Below, piece after piece: positions 13,311 through 27,480 of a stretch of DNA of 64,000 nucleotides; position 1 is the stretch's first letter, and every line of letters starts with the position of its first letter. The stretch comes from Lama glama (lineage: Eukaryota). Both the position numbers and the translations under genes were made by a program. The DNA lies in contig CM052817.1 of NCBI GenBank assembly GCA_028534125.1, forward strand, positions 54,996,001 to 55,060,000, read 5' to 3'. The notes under the pieces are model-generated. The model ran no database searches. It was not told where the DNA came from and saw only the letters and a program-made list of their open reading frames with translations.

Positions 13311-15334
13311 CATTTTAAAATATTGCTCTTTTAATGCTGAGTACTCTCTACTGACAGGAGGTATGAGATAAATGACAGATCTAATTGTGGCTCTCAGCTT
13401 GAAATTGCAGGATGAGAGGAGAGTTAGATATTTTCCCTAGGCATTATACTAAGTCAAATAAAAAGGAGGTGGCTAGAATCTTTAGTGTTTGAATGATTCA
13501 TAAAATATAAGACGGGATTAACAGAAATGGAATTAAAAATCAAATTATTCTGCTTTAATGCTGGTTCCAAACACATTGTCCTAAAAAAATTAACAAGGGT
13601 AGGAGAGATTTTTGTATGTGTGTCACTCCATCCAATAACAAACCTATTCTGCACAACCTTATTCATGATAATACACATTTTTCTACAAATTCTAGATTTG
13701 GAGTATTTTACCTTTTAATATTACAGCTGAAAATTTATTTTCTATATTATTCTGACTAGTTAGTATAAATATTGACAATAAATTTAATGTGAAAGATAGC
13801 AAAACAATTCTAATGCTCTGGTTAAATGAATTAATGCAGTCTTGATTAAATTTGACAATGAATAATCTCTTAAATAGATATTAACTGGGCTTATTTTAAA
13901 AGCAGAGATCACTTTAAAAAATTAGGTTAAAAATATTGATCTAAGAATATTCATATTTAGGCTAAAACTATATGTTAATACTAAAGAGAAAACTATAATA
14001 TATCCCAAATAGTCTTCTAAAGATGTTGGTCAATGTTTGAGATCTAAAGATCCATCTAATCTATCTAGATAGTGATCTATACTCCTCAGAAAACATGCTA
14101 CCCTATAACGCTTATGTTGGGTAAAATATGGAACACAGTTGTCTTGTTTTTACTGTAAAAATCACAATATCATGAAAATGATTTTGAACCTTTCTATAGC
14201 TCTATATCCATTCTTAACTTTATTAAATGAAGAAATAACACAGAAAGATCAAGGAAAGAGGCACAAAACCCAAGCTGGCAAAGCAAGGTAACATGTGACA
14301 GCACCATGGAATCATCATTGGCCAGGATCTGGTCCTCAGTGTTTCCAAATTTGAAACTCCACTTGTGGGTACAGCCAGACTGGATTTGGTCTGAGGAGGC
14401 TTAATCATGCTAATGAACTAACAGGATAATAATTTATAAAGTAGATTCCAATTACTTAACTGTGGAAGGTATACCTTTCCCAGAAAATGAATGTTCCCCT
14501 AACCCACAAACCTTTATATTAACAAGATCAGAGGACAAAAAACTGATAATCACAATCTGTCCATTGTGTTTGAACATAGTGTCCCAATAAAGAGATACAG
14601 ATGGCTGTGAGCAGGTGGTCTCAAATGGAGCTGATCGAGGGGGTTGAGTTTATCTTTCCAGGTGAGTTGAAAATTATGTCTGCTTTATTATTACCCTAAC
14701 ATTTCATAAAAATTCAAAGGAAAACAATTTTTTTGAAGAACTAATACATAATCAGCATGTGAAATCTGAAGAAATTCTTTAGGTAATTCTGATACACAGC
14801 TTGAGAACTACAATTTTTTAGAGATATTTCTTCCAGGCCAAGGGAAAGCCTGATAAAAATATTCCCTGACATACTAGGGTAGTTATTTTAGTGTAATTAT
14901 ACTCATGTCTTCCAGATAGTCACTTCCTTCCTTACCTGAGCAGCATTTGATAAATTTGAAACTTATTTCATTTATCTAGGCATTGTGTTTCTTTCCACTG
15001 ATCATCTCTTCTCATTTTATAGATGAGGGATTTGAAATGAAATAGACAATAATATCATAACTAGGATTCAGACACTTGTCTGCTTAAAATTTGAATCCTT
15101 ACAACTTACTTGCCCTCACTAGGGACATTGTTTGATAAAACACGTTATTTTACAAATTACTCATTTTTGCACTTGACACTCTCCAAATTTATTTATATAT
15201 TTCTATAGACATCATTACATGCTGTTTGTTCAGATAACACTATAATTGATATTTTGGTCATATTTTAATTCTGATGATAAACCTTAGTTGGATTCCAGTG
15301 ACTCCTAAACTTCTATCACATTAACAACAGTTTT

Positions 15335-18300
15335 CAATGAGAGATGGGCCAAGGTGGTAGAGTAGGAAGACCCTGAACTCACCTCTTCTCATAAGCACAC
15401 TAAAATTACAACTATTTGCAGAACGATCATAGATTTTGGCCTTTTCATCAACCAGAAAAGATCTTCTACAACTAAAGTCACAATGAAGGAACCACAATGA
15501 GACGGGTAGGAGGGGCAGACTTGCAAAATAATGAAGTCCCATACCCCTGGGTGGGCAACCTACAAACTGAAGCATAATTATACTGCAGAGGTCCCACAGG
15601 AGTGAGAGTTCTAACACCCATGTCAGGCTCCCTAGCCTGAGAATCCTGCAAATGGACCTCCAAAGCATTTGGCTTTGAAAGCCAGCAGGGCTTAATTTCA
15701 GGAGTCCCAAAGGGCTCGAGGAAATAGACCTCAATCTTACAAGGTGCACATAAAATATCACACACACTGTGCCCAGGGAAACAGCAGTAATTTGATTGGA
15801 GCCTGGGTCACAACTACTTGCTGGTCTTGGAGAGTCTCGTGGAGAGGCAGGGCAGGGTTTGTAGCTTTGGCTCACTCTGGGGACATAGACACTGGTGGAA
15901 GCCATTCTTGAGAGCTCTTACTAACCCATGTAGACACTGGTGTGAGTGGGCACCATCATGGTAACCTCCCTCTAGCTCATTAGCACACAGACCTGGCTTC
16001 ACCAAGCAGGCTATAGTTGCCACTGCTGGGATGTCTCAGGCCAAACAACTAACTTGGCAGGGACATAGCTCCACTGATCAGCAGACAGGCTGCCTAAAGA
16101 CTTCCTGAGCCCACAGCTGCCTCTAGACACACCTCTAGACCCAACTCTGCTCACCAGAGAGCGAAGACCCAGCCCTACCAACTAGTGGGCAGGCACTGGG
16201 CCCACCCTCCAGGAAGCTTGCTCCAGCCTCTGGACCAGCCTTAACCACCGATGGACAATCACAGGAAAACCACTGTTGCACAGCCTGGAGACCTAGCCTG
16301 CCCACAGCAGGCCAGATCCTGCCCTAGGACCAGCTGGGCCCTGGCCCTGTCCACTAATGAGGAAACACAAGCTTCAGGACACCCCAGACCCTTACCCAAC
16401 TGTGTCAGGAACCAGATACCTCACCACCCACCCCACCACTATCCAGCAATCTGACACCAGCTCTGGGATCCCTGGGCCCTGCAGCCAGACTCCCGAACCC
16501 AGGTCTGCCTACAAATAGTCCTGCACTAACCCCAGGACTTGGATTCACCCACCAGTGGGCAGGCAACACCCCTGGAGTCTTCTCGACCCTGACTCTGCCC
16601 ACTAGCAATCCAGCTAGCCCTTTAGTCCCATGGGGTTCTGCAGTCAGCCACCTCATGACCAGGCCCTGTCGACCAGCAGCCAGAAGCCTCAGCACAAGGC
16701 AGGGTTTGGCAATTAACTGGAATAGGGGCCAAACAAGTCTAGGGTGATGAGAGGGGAGTGCATTACCGGGATACATAGGAAGTCTCCTACAGAAGGTACT
16801 TCTCCAAGGTTGGGAAATGTAACTAACCTACCAGATACATAAAAATATAAGTAGCAACCTAGGCAAAATGAGACAGCAGAGGAACATGTTACAGATGAAG
16901 GAACAAGATAAAACCCCAGAAGAAGAACTAAGTGAAGTAGAGATAGGCCATCTACCCAAGAAAGAGTTCACGGTAATGATTGCAAAGATGAACAAAGAAC
17001 TCAGGAGAAGAATAGATGCATAGAGTGAGGAGTTAGAAATTTTTACCAAAGAGTTAGAAAACATAAAGAACAGAACAGAGATGAAGAGTACAATAATTGA
17101 AATGAAAAATGCACTATAAGGAATCAACAGTAGACTAAATGATACAGAGCAATGGAGCAGTCAGCTAGAAGACAGAGCAGAGGAAATCACTGCTCCTGAA
17201 CAGAAAAAAGAAACTGAAAATAAGAGATCAGCAACTTAAAATAATCATATGTATATATATTTCTATACACAAATCTGATGGTAACCATAAACTAAAAATA
17301 TACAATAGATCCACTCACAAAATAAATGTATATGTATTTATAAATCCAAATATGACAGTAAAGATAGTTATCAAATCACAACAGGGAGCAAAAAATAATT
17401 TATACAAAAATAACCCCGAAACAACTTTAACAATGGTAATAAGAACATACATGTCAATAATACCTTAAATGTAAATGGACTAAATGCTCAAATCAAAAGG
17501 CAGAGTGGCTGAATGGATACAAAAATAAGACCTGTATGTATTTTGCCTACAAGAGACTCACTTCAGATGTAAAGACACATACAGACAGAAAGTGAGAGGA
17601 CAGCAAAAGGTATTCCATGCAAATAGAAAACAAAAGAGTAGCAACACTTATATCAGACAAAATTGAATTTAAAATGGACATAAAAAGAGAAATCAACAGT
17701 ATCACAGTAACAGTGGGGAATTTTAACACCTCACTTACATCAATGGATAGATTGTCCAGGCAGAAAGTCAGTAAGAAATGACTGGCCTTAAATGATACAT
17801 TAGATCAGACAGACTTAATTGATAAATGTAGAGAGAGCATTTCATCTAAAATGAGTAGAATACACATGAAAAATTCTACAAAATTCTACTAAACAGATTG
17901 TATGCTAGGCCATAAAGGAAGCCTTGGTAAATTCAAGGAAAACAAATCATATCAACCATTTTTTCTGACCACACTGCTAAGAGACTAGAAATCAAGAAAA
18001 ATAATACAAAAAATGCAAACACTTGGAGGCTAAGCAATATGCTACTACACTACCAATGGATCACTCAAGAAATCAAAGAGGAAATAAAAAATACCTAGAG
18101 ACAAATGAAAATGGAAACATGAATGTCCAAAACCTAAGGGATGAAGTTCTAAGAGGGAAGCTTATAGCAATATAAGCTTACCTAAGGAAACAAGAAAAAT
18201 CTAAAATAAACTACATAACCTTACACTTAAAAGAACTAGAGAAAGAACAAACAAAACCTAAAGTTAGTCAAAGGGAAGTAACCATAACTATCAGAACAGA

Positions 18301-21269
18301 AATAGGGACTAAAAAAAATAGAAAAGATCAATGAAACAAAAAGCTGGTTCTTTGAAAAGATACACAAAATTGATCAATCTTTAACCAGACTCATCATGGG
18401 AAAAAAGGGGCCAAATCTATTAAGTCAGAAATAAAAATGATGTTACAGTCAACAAAGGATCAAATGAGATTACTATGAACAATTATACAACAATAAAATG
18501 CACAACCTAGAAGAGATGGACAAATTCATAAAAAGGTACAACTTTCCAAGACTTAAGAAGGAAGAAATAGAAAATATAATCAGACCAGTTACCAGTACTA
18601 AAACTTATCAGTAATTTAAAAACTTCCAACAAACAAAAGTCCAGGACCAGATGGCTTCACAGGTAATTCTAGCAAACACAGAGAAGAGTTAGCACCTATT
18701 CTTCTCAAACTATTCTAAAAAATTGCAGAGGAAGAAACACTTCTGATCTCATTCTATGAAGCCAGGCATCACCGTGATAGTAAAACCAGACAAAGATATC
18801 ACACAAAAGAGAAAATTACAGGCCAGTATCACTGATGATTATAGATGCAAACATCCTCAACAAAATATTAGCAAACTGAATCCAACAATACACTGAAAGG
18901 ATCATATACTTCATGATCAAGTGGGATTTATCCCAGAGATTAAATATCCACAAATCAATCAATGTGATATACCACATTAACAAACTGAATAAAAACTATA
19001 TCATCTCAATCGATGCATTAAAAACTTCAACAAAATTCAACATTCATTTATGATAATTACTCTCCAAATAATGGGAATAGAGGGAACATACACCAACACA
19101 TTCAATGTCACATAGGACAGACCCACAGCTAACATACTCAGTGATGAAAAGCTGAAAACATTTCCTTTAAGATCAGGAACAAGGATGCCAACTCTCACTA
19201 TTTTTACTCAACATAGTTATTGGAAGTCCTACCCACAGTACTCAGAAGAAAAAAGAAAGGAATCCAAACTGGGGGGAAAAAAAGTAGTAGAACTGTCACT
19301 GTTTGCAGATGACATTAATACTATACATAGAAAATCCTAAAGTCACCACCAAAAAACTACTAGATCTTGTTAATGAAATCAGTAAAGTTGCAGGATACAA
19401 AATTAATACACAGAAATATGTTACATTTCTATACACTAACAACAAAATATCAAATAGAGAAATTAAGGAAAGAATTCCATTTACCATCACAGCAAAAATA
19501 ATAAAATACCTAAGAATAAACTAACCCGAGGAGGCAAAAGACCTGTACTCCAAAAACTATAAGACACTGATGAAAGAAATTGAAGAGCACAAAAGCAAAT
19601 GCAAACATACCTTATTTTTGGATTGGAAGAATCAATATTGTTAAAATGATCACACTATCCAAGGCACCTACAGATTAAATGCAATCCCTGACAAAATACC
19701 AATAGCATTTTTCACAGATGTAGAAAAATTATTTTAAAAATTTGTATGGAAACACAAAAGACCCTGAATAGCCAATACAATCTTGAAGTAGAATCATGCT
19801 CCCTGACTTCAGACTATACTACAAAGCTACAGTAATCAAAGAAATATAGTACTAGCACAGAAGTAGACACATAGGTCAAGGCAACAGGACAGGAAGCCCA
19901 GAAATAAACCCTCACACATACAGTCAATTAATCCACAACAAAGGAAGCAAGAATATACAGTGGAGAAAAGTCAGTCTCTTCAATAAGTGGTGTTGGGAAA
20001 GCTGGACAGCTACATGTAAAAGAATGACATTAAAACATTCTCTAATATCATATAGAAAATTAAAAAATGGATTAAGGACCTAAATTTAAGACTGAAACCA
20101 TAAAACTCCTAGAGGAAAATATAGGCAGAACTCTTTTTAAAATACTAAGATTTATGTCAAAGAATCTGTATCCTGAAGTAAAGCAAATAAAAGCAAAAAG
20201 AAACAAATGGGATCTGACTAAACTGAGAAGCTTTTGCACAGCAAAGGAAACCATAGACAAAAGGAAAAGACAACCTACTGAATTGGAGAAAATGTTTGTA
20301 AATGATATGGCCAATCAGGGATTAAAATCAACATGTATAAACAACTCATACAGCTTAACATCAAAACACCAGACAGTCATATTAAAAATAGGGCAGGAGA
20401 CTTGAATAAATATTTTTCCAAAGAGGAAATGTAGACCACCAACAGGCACATGAAAAGATGCTCATCATCACTGATCAGAGAAATGCAAATCAAAACCACA
20501 ATAAGATATGACCTCACACTTGTCAGTATAGCTATCATTATGAAGAACACATATAACAAATGTTGACAAGTATGTGAAGAAAAGGGGAACCCTCCTACAC
20601 TTGACGGGAATGTAAATTGGTAATGCCAGTGTGGAACACAGTGTAGAGGTTTCTCTAAAAACTAAATATAAAGCTTCCATATGACCCAAGAATTCTATTC
20701 CTCTATATAAAAAACAAAAATTCAAAAACACTAATTCAAAAATATATGTGTACTGGCAATGGTCATAGCATTATTTATAATAGCCAAGATACAGAAGCAA
20801 CCTAAGTGTCCATCAATAGGTGAATGGATCAAGCAGATGTGGTATATATACACTCAAATGAAAAAAAATGAAATTATACCATTTTCAGCAACACGGATGG
20901 ATTTGGAGGGTATTAAGCTAAGTTAAATACGTCAGAGAAAGACAGATACTATATGGTACAACTTACAATGTGGAATCTAAAAAATACAACAAACTAGAAA
21001 ATATTCTAACAGAAAAGAAGCTGACTTACATTTACACAGAACAAACTAGTGGTTACCAGTGGTGAGAGGGAAGGGGGAGGGGCAATAGAGTGGTAGGGGA
21101 TTAAGAGGTACAAACTATCATGTACAAAATAAGCTACAAGGATATATTGTACGATAGAGGGAACATAGCCAACAGTTAATAATAACCATAAATGGAGTAT
21201 AACCTTTAAAAACTGAATTACTATATTTTACACCTGTAACTTACATTGTACACCAACTCAACTTTAAAA
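15335..21269 (+). mobile_element. Near full-length L1 (about 5.9 kb) with 5'UTR, internally deleted ORF1, degenerate ORF2, 3'UTR/polyA
   Basis: 5' end ccaaggtggtagagtaggaagaccctgaactcacc; GC-rich 5'UTR; ORF1 ATG at 16868; ORF2 ATG at about 17433; RT motif LSLFADD at about 19293-19313. TSD AACAACAGTTTT (15323-15334) / AAAAACAGTTTT (21270-21281) follows a TT|AA site. Confidence 0.97.
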
Positions 21270-21652
21270 AAAAACAGTTTTGGTTGGGATTTCTCTGCTT
21301 ATAAGCAGAACTGAAAACATGCCCAACTAAGGTTGAACATCAATTAAACAAATGGTTAATATACTAGCAACTAGACATATCAGGATTGGGTATGGGCTTG
21401 AAGAAGAAATCACTAGAAGACACTACAGAGTACATTTTTGGCCTTAATCTCAGAAACACCAAAGCTTATCCTTCTAAGTGAAGAGCATTTGTAACTAATT
21501 GTTACTTTCTGATAGCAGAAGAGAAACAGCAAAGTAAAATCCAGTTCTTTTGCAGCATTCTAAACAACTTCAAAAGTCAATCTTGACAGGCATTTTTTTC
21601 CCCTGAATTAACTATATACATTGTTAATCCCTGGAAAACTGTTCACATTTAC

Positions 21653-21788
21653 ACAGCTCGATTCTCTATCTTGTGAAATGATACATATAGTAATGTCATT
21701 GGGGAGTAAGTTAGAAGCAAATAGGTTTTTCTAAGACCCAGAAGAAGGTAGTTTAATACCATTTTCATGTAAAACAAACTTTCCATCT
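21653..21788 (-). pseudogene. Pseudo-exon
   Basis: Acceptor cctatttttgctag, donor TGT|gtaaat. 136 nt, phase 2->0. DGKFVLHENGIKLPSSGS*KNLFASNLLPNDITICIISQDRESSC. Confidence 0.55.
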
Positions 21789-22606
21789 CTAGCAAAAATA
21801 GGCTATTTAAAAACACCTGTACTTTCAGTGAGTTATGTGAACTCACATTCGGAAGGCTGCATTATGCTTTGTAATAAAATCCAGTGTTAGAAGTATGCCG
21901 ACAGTATCAGAATTCTGTTTGAAAATATTTCTCAAGTTTGTGAAAAGGTAAAATCTAGAGCATTCTCTTTCTTAAAGGCTTCAGTCTCCATTGCTTCTAA
22001 CATCCCTGCCATGACCAGATACATTCTTTCTTTTGGCGTTTGAATGCAGTACAGTATCAATTTCACATAATTAAATGAGAATCGTGTCTACTGCATTTGT
22101 GCTTATGCTGTAAAATCAAGATTCATGAGGGCTCAAGGAGAATCAGTCTATGAATGTGTTATAAGTGAGACTGCTAAAGGCCATAAAACTAAGGAAGTCA
22201 TGTTATGACAAATTGTGATTTCCATTACAAATACAAATCCGAAAAATATATGCTGTGTTGTTAAAGATTATAAATAACATGCAAAAAAGTACTAATTTAA
22301 TTATTTTATAGCATTTCAAAGAAAAACATTATTTCAAAAATATTCTCCTGAGACTGACTGCCAAATACTAGAAAGTTTGTGATGATTTATAGCCAAGATA
22401 TTTTCGGTCTTCACAATGAGACGTGTATGGGCTTTAGTTGACATTCCTACGTAATTGATCTATGCTAAAATAGACCTTTTTCAGAAAGATAATAGTTGCC
22501 TCAAGGTATTTCTGAATTAATTCAGACACAAAAGAAAGGTCTCAATTCTTAATTCTACTTCTAGTGATTAAGAAGCTAATTCATTTTGTTAAATTTTTTC
22601 ATCTAC

Positions 22607-22831
22607 CTTATTCCCTCTGCCAGGGTCATACAGTATTTTCTGCATAGCTTTTTTTTTTTTTTGACATTTCTAACAAACAGAGTATCTTTGTTACTGAGTG
22701 TAGTTCGGGGTTTTTTGTGTTTGTTTTAGACAAGTAGTAGACTGCCTTTTCTTTTTTTGCCAATACATTTTGAATATATTGTAGTGAATTTAAACAATAC
22801 ATGTTGTATTTCTCTATTTGCATTTATATGT
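22607..22831 (-). pseudogene. Pseudo-exon (poly-A slippage frameshift)
   Basis: Branch-like ctgac plus attatatatag acceptor, donor AAG|gtagat. Contains the 65-aa ORF MQIEKYNMYCLNSLQYIQNVLAKKEKAVYYLSK...; after the A-run it reads KKLCRKYCMTLAEGI(R). Confidence 0.5.
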
Positions 22832-23399
22832 CTATATATAATGTCAGTGGTATTACTTAACCCAAACTTCATTTGTTTTACTAGGATTGGTCTTGAGTGG
22901 ACTGTGTGATACTTTAAGTCATATTTGATTAATTTTATTTATGTATGATCACAGGCATGTTCTTTAAGAATAAGTCAACCTATTTAGGCAAACATTAAAC
23001 ATTTTAATTATATTCTCCATTAAAAAAATTCAAACCAACTTACATTGACATACTTAAAATCAATTTACACTATAAAAGCTTACTGGTACCATATGCTTGG
23101 CATGGATAATACTTAGTTTGATAATGGCCTTTGAAATTTTAACTGCATATTGTGAAACAGAGTGATTGCTAACTAAAAATATGATGGTCTTGCTTTGTCA
23201 AAATGGTTTCAATGTAAAGAATTCATATGTATAGTCTCTCACTCTTCACTTCCTGCCCTCTCTTCCCACAACTCTGTTAGGGATGGTTGCACAGTGACCC
23301 TCTGCTCTTGCCTGATAAACTCTCCTTCATTAAAGTGATCTATTATCATTTTTTTAAATTTATTTTTGTTTTGTTTTAACTTATTTCATAGCCCACTTC

Positions 23400-23770
23400 T
23401 TTCAAACTCAAGGGTAAGGGTTTCACAACCACGGTCTCCTCTGTCTAGACTGCCTTATCCACGCTTCCCTTCGCTCTTTCCCTGCTCTTCCAGTAGGTAT
23501 TTGCTTAAATGTCACTTACTCAGAGTGATCTTTTCTGGGTTCATAGTCTTGAATCAAGTTTTTCCTGCTATTTCCCCTCAAATTAAACTGCTCTTTTCCT
23601 TTACATCACTTACACCATTTATAATTGTGTATCTATTTAACTATTTGGTTGAAATCTGTTTCTTTTACTAAAAAGCAAAAGCCAAATGAAACTGAAAAAT
23701 GTACATGTGGAGAAGTTCCATGTGTTTTGGTTTTACTATTGTATTGATTACTCAGTGCAGGAACAAATTG
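23400..23770 (+). mobile_element. L2 3' end fragment
   Basis: ctctgtctagactgcctt...tgcttaaatgtcacttactcagagtgatcttttctgg is L2 3'-end-like. Confidence 0.65.
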
Positions 23771-24220
23771 TGAATGTAATAATGAAATATTTTTGGTGTG
23801 AACATTACCTTGAAGGTCAAAACAATGCTCTGTGAAACATCTAGAAAAAATGCTTTCGGATTATATTCAAACATGATCTCTAGTTAGGGAATATGAATTT
23901 AGGAAAGATTCAGATTTTAGACAGTCATTTGAATCCCAGTTACAGTAATTACTAGCTATAGAACAGTGAACAAATAAACAATCTATTCTAGCTCCTTCAT
24001 CTATAAATGGGAAGGATCCAGCAAAATGCCTGAAAAGTAATGAGTAGCAAATAATTAGCAGCTGTTAACATTGCAGAAATACATTACAATAGAACTATAC
24101 TATAAGACAGTTCTTTTTTCCTAGATTCCATATCAATAAGTGAAATAGACTCAAACTGTTCACAATTATTATGCTGGTCACCACTGCTTCAGGCAAGTCA
24201 TTTTGTGATTTTTATCTTAC

Positions 24221-24328
24221 TTGTAATTTCTATTCCAGAATGATGATCTTAACTACAATTCAATGTTTTGTCAGGTTTATGCGGTACCTTATTTTACAGA
24301 AATGTTTATAGATCAGGTTTTGCAAAAT
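24221..24328 (-). pseudogene. Pseudo-exon, RGS-like helices 5-6
   Basis: Acceptor ttttttccccaaagttactgcag, donor CAA|gtaaga. 108 nt, phase 0->0. ILQNLIYKHFCKIRYRINLTKH*IVVKIIILE*KLQ. Confidence 0.55.
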
Positions 24329-25499
24329 CTGCAGTAACTTTGGGGAAAAAATAGTTGTGTTTTTTAAAAAACTCTCTTTCACAGCATGATCCTCTTGTTA
24401 ATTGTGTAAGCTATTAGTGGGGTGTATGAATGGCCTCAAGTACATACTATCGAATCTGATGATTTACTAAAGTAGCAAACATTCTTCTGGAATTTTCAAA
24501 TTTCTTTTTGTTGAGATTTAGCTAAAAAAAATAAAGCTGATTTAAACATGTTTTAACAATGAAGTTCTGGGCAAACTTCATGTTTTTGATCAATAACATA
24601 TGGCCTAATTAAAACAGTAGGTAAAATATTTAACATATTTTTGGTTCAGTGAATTGTTTTAACATATGTTCCTATAGTTGTTTGGTCAGTGGGTTGCTAT
24701 GATTTCAGATATTCTACTTAGTAACTTTTCTTTCTTCTCTATACCAATTAAAATTCTCATTTCTGTTGTGAGCCTGACACCAGGCAGACATAAAGTAGAC
24801 AGCAACCAGTACAAATGATTAGAGTGAGATAAGATATTAAATCTCCTACCCAAGAGAATATATTTTAAAAAAATAAATAATTCAAATCTAAAGCTGCTGA
24901 AAACTATCTGTGGAAATTTTTTTCATGATAACTATCTGGTTTATTTTATTATTCCTTATTATTTTAGGTCCCTTCAACAGCTCTTCAAGATAAAAATGGA
25001 TCACTAATGGGGCACTGTACTTCTGAGAGATTTCTCAGATCACTACCTTATTTTATATAACATTTATATTATAACATTAACATTGAACTTTATCCTGAAG
25101 TTCACAGGTGATTATTTTGAGGATATGTGAATTTCTTTAGCAAAAATAATTTTAAGAGTATTTATTTAAGAAGGTGGAATTTGTTTAGCATTATGTAACA
25201 TATTTCTCAGCAAGTTTAAGTCATTAAAAGGCACACAGGAAGCCATTTGATCTATTCTTCTCCCCTCTGAAAGAGTTGACAAATTGAATGTTTTTGGAGA
25301 CTGAGACCCACAGCAGTACACTGAGCTTTTCTTTGGTTCTCTTATCAGACAATGACAATGATTAAAAGTGATGAACAGCAGATGCATTTGAATCTATAAT
25401 TGAACTTCTTTAAGCATAATGACATTTTCTCTCATTCTGAATTGGCTTGTAGGATCCTGATGTTCAGCAAGAGCAAACATTCAGCCTAGAACGACTTAT

Positions 25500-25673
25500 C
25501 TGTGGTCCCAGGTTGACTCCTCCAAATACTCTCGTTGCAGCTGGCAACCTTTAAATCAGAGACTACAGCCAAATCAGAAGACAGCTGAAACTTGTGTCAT
25601 ATTGCAATGCGAGATATGTACCAGACTTAGAGTACTTATTATGCATTTGCTTTTCAGAGGATTATGTTTTTTC
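25500..25673 (-). pseudogene. Pseudo-exon with inactivated donor (CAG|ataagt)
   Basis: Acceptor cctatcaatgcag. 174 nt, phase 0->0. ...YLALQYDTSFSCLLIWL*SLI*RLPAATRVFGGVNLGPQ. The donor is consensus except GT>AT. Confidence 0.45.
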
Positions 25674-27019
25674 CTGCATTGATAGGACCAGATGTTGCTG
25701 TTAATACATCTGGGAAGCACATTTTTCTTTGTTTTGTGTCAGATGAGAGGATGCTGTCAACTCTGGCAAAGTATCAACTGATGCTTCTTAAGCTGCTGAG
25801 GGCACTAGGAAGGTAGACAGTGATTAATCACAGAACGGAATTGTAGTGTTTCAGGTTATCAGAACTTGGACCAAGGATTCGCATCACTGTATGTTGCATT
25901 ATCAAGGGAATCCATAATCCTCAGCAATTTTCAGTTAGTACTGGGTGACATGTCTTTTATCTGACACTGCTAGTATATTGCCTGGAGTCTAAACATACCA
26001 GTCATTTGAATTGATGACTGAATGGGTTACAACCCATGATCATTCATTGGTTTTCCTTTTACACACTGAGACTAAATGTGTTATTCATTTGCCTCTATGA
26101 GAAAATGAGAGATAAACATTAATATATAAATATACACTATACAGGCAATCACAATACCAGAGTTATAGTTCCAATTTAGCGAGACCTTGGCTGGTGGACT
26201 TGTTTCTCAAATTTCTTTGAATTATAAAAGTAGAAAGCTGACAAAATAATCTGTTATCCTTTGATTTCTAAGAATCTGTGATTTTCTTTGCCTCTGACAT
26301 TAAGGTAAAATTGTTAACTCACAGCACACATCTTTTGAACAGAAAACACCATGTTTAAATGCTTCCCATTTCCTGCTCCTTGTCACTCTCTTCCATTCTT
26401 CTATTTTGACAGTTAAATGAAATGTATTTTCCATTCCACAGAACTGTTTAGTATGCCTTTTCCTATTATCTTATAGCAAAATCTATAGAAGTATTATTAT
26501 TTTATTGTTAATATTATTATTTTATCATTCTTTTTATAGAGAGAAGGCAGTTGAATGGTTAAATGAATTGCCTAAAATTCCCTAGTTAACAGGAACAGAA
26601 CAGTGTCAACCCAAGTCATTTATTTTAAACATTTAAAGCATATTAGTTGACTCTAAACTTGGAGCTAAAGTAAATAATACAAAGCTTATTACACTATATA
26701 ACTTCTGTCTTCTGGAAAATTGAAACCTAAGATTCTCAATGCCATTGTCGATCTAGGTAAAGCATACACACAAACTCTAGAATCACTACGAAAATAACAA
26801 ACAAACAAACAGATGCAGATAGTAAGCAATAAAATGGGTAAATGCTAACTGCAAAATGAAATATTAGGGAGAATTGCAAGCTATATTTACTTTAGCATTA
26901 TTAGTCATATAAAGTTTTTTCACTTTCTAGTAAACAGTGAAATTTTCAAGTAAGATTCAAAGTTCAGATAATCGTTTATGAGAAGTTCAAATAGTAGTTA
27001 AAGAGAAGCAAATTGAGAG

Positions 27020-27480
27020 CAGCAGTCCTGTGCTTCCAGGCTAGGTACTTACTGCCCTGGGTAAGTTCAAGCTACTCTAGACCTTAGTTTCTTCATTTAT
27101 AACATAAGCATTAGACTTAAAAACGTTAATGCTCCTTAATTCCAAAGTTTTGTGACATGATTTTTTTTAAAAAAAAAGCTCAGTAAATTTCTCAAAAAGT
27201 GTATCAGGAAGGCAGCAGAGAATTAACTGTTGATAGTTCAAGTCCTGATTCCTGAATGTCTCCATTATTAATTGTTGGACAATACTAAACTCTTCAAGCC
27301 TCAGTTTCCTCAACCATGAAATGAGGATGACAATAATACTGTCTCCCAGAGAGTTTTGAGATGATTAAGTGAGAAAATATGTGTAATGCTCCCAGAGAAC
27401 TGTCTATAATAAAATACCTAACATTTATTGAGTGTTTTCTAAGGACAATAATCTTTTAGAAAGTTAGCTATTATTTTTAC
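27020..27480 (+). mobile_element. MIR SINE fragments (tandem)
   Basis: Two MIR cores: accttagtttcttcatttataacat and gcctcagtttcctcaaccatgaaatgaggatgacaataatac. Confidence 0.75.

Noticed and set aside
14223..14408. 61-aa minus-strand ORF in unique sequence, considered as an extra pseudo-exon
   Set aside because: No convincing donor, and the flanking exons 21653 and 12278 already join in phase with RGS-like spacing.
14936..14976. Strong minus-strand donor CAG|gtaagg
   Set aside because: Only a weak acceptor next to a MIR remnant; it would break the phase chain.
15321..16776. Longest ORFs in the track (194 aa, 123 aa, minus strand) and a GC-rich stretch
   Set aside because: They lie antisense within the L1 5'UTR; the GC richness explains the open frames; no recognisable protein.
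25022..25040. Short inverted repeats (tctgaga..tctcaga; also about 321-342 and about 58899-58917)
   Set aside because: Stems of 7-8 bp are expected by chance in 64 kb of AT-rich DNA.
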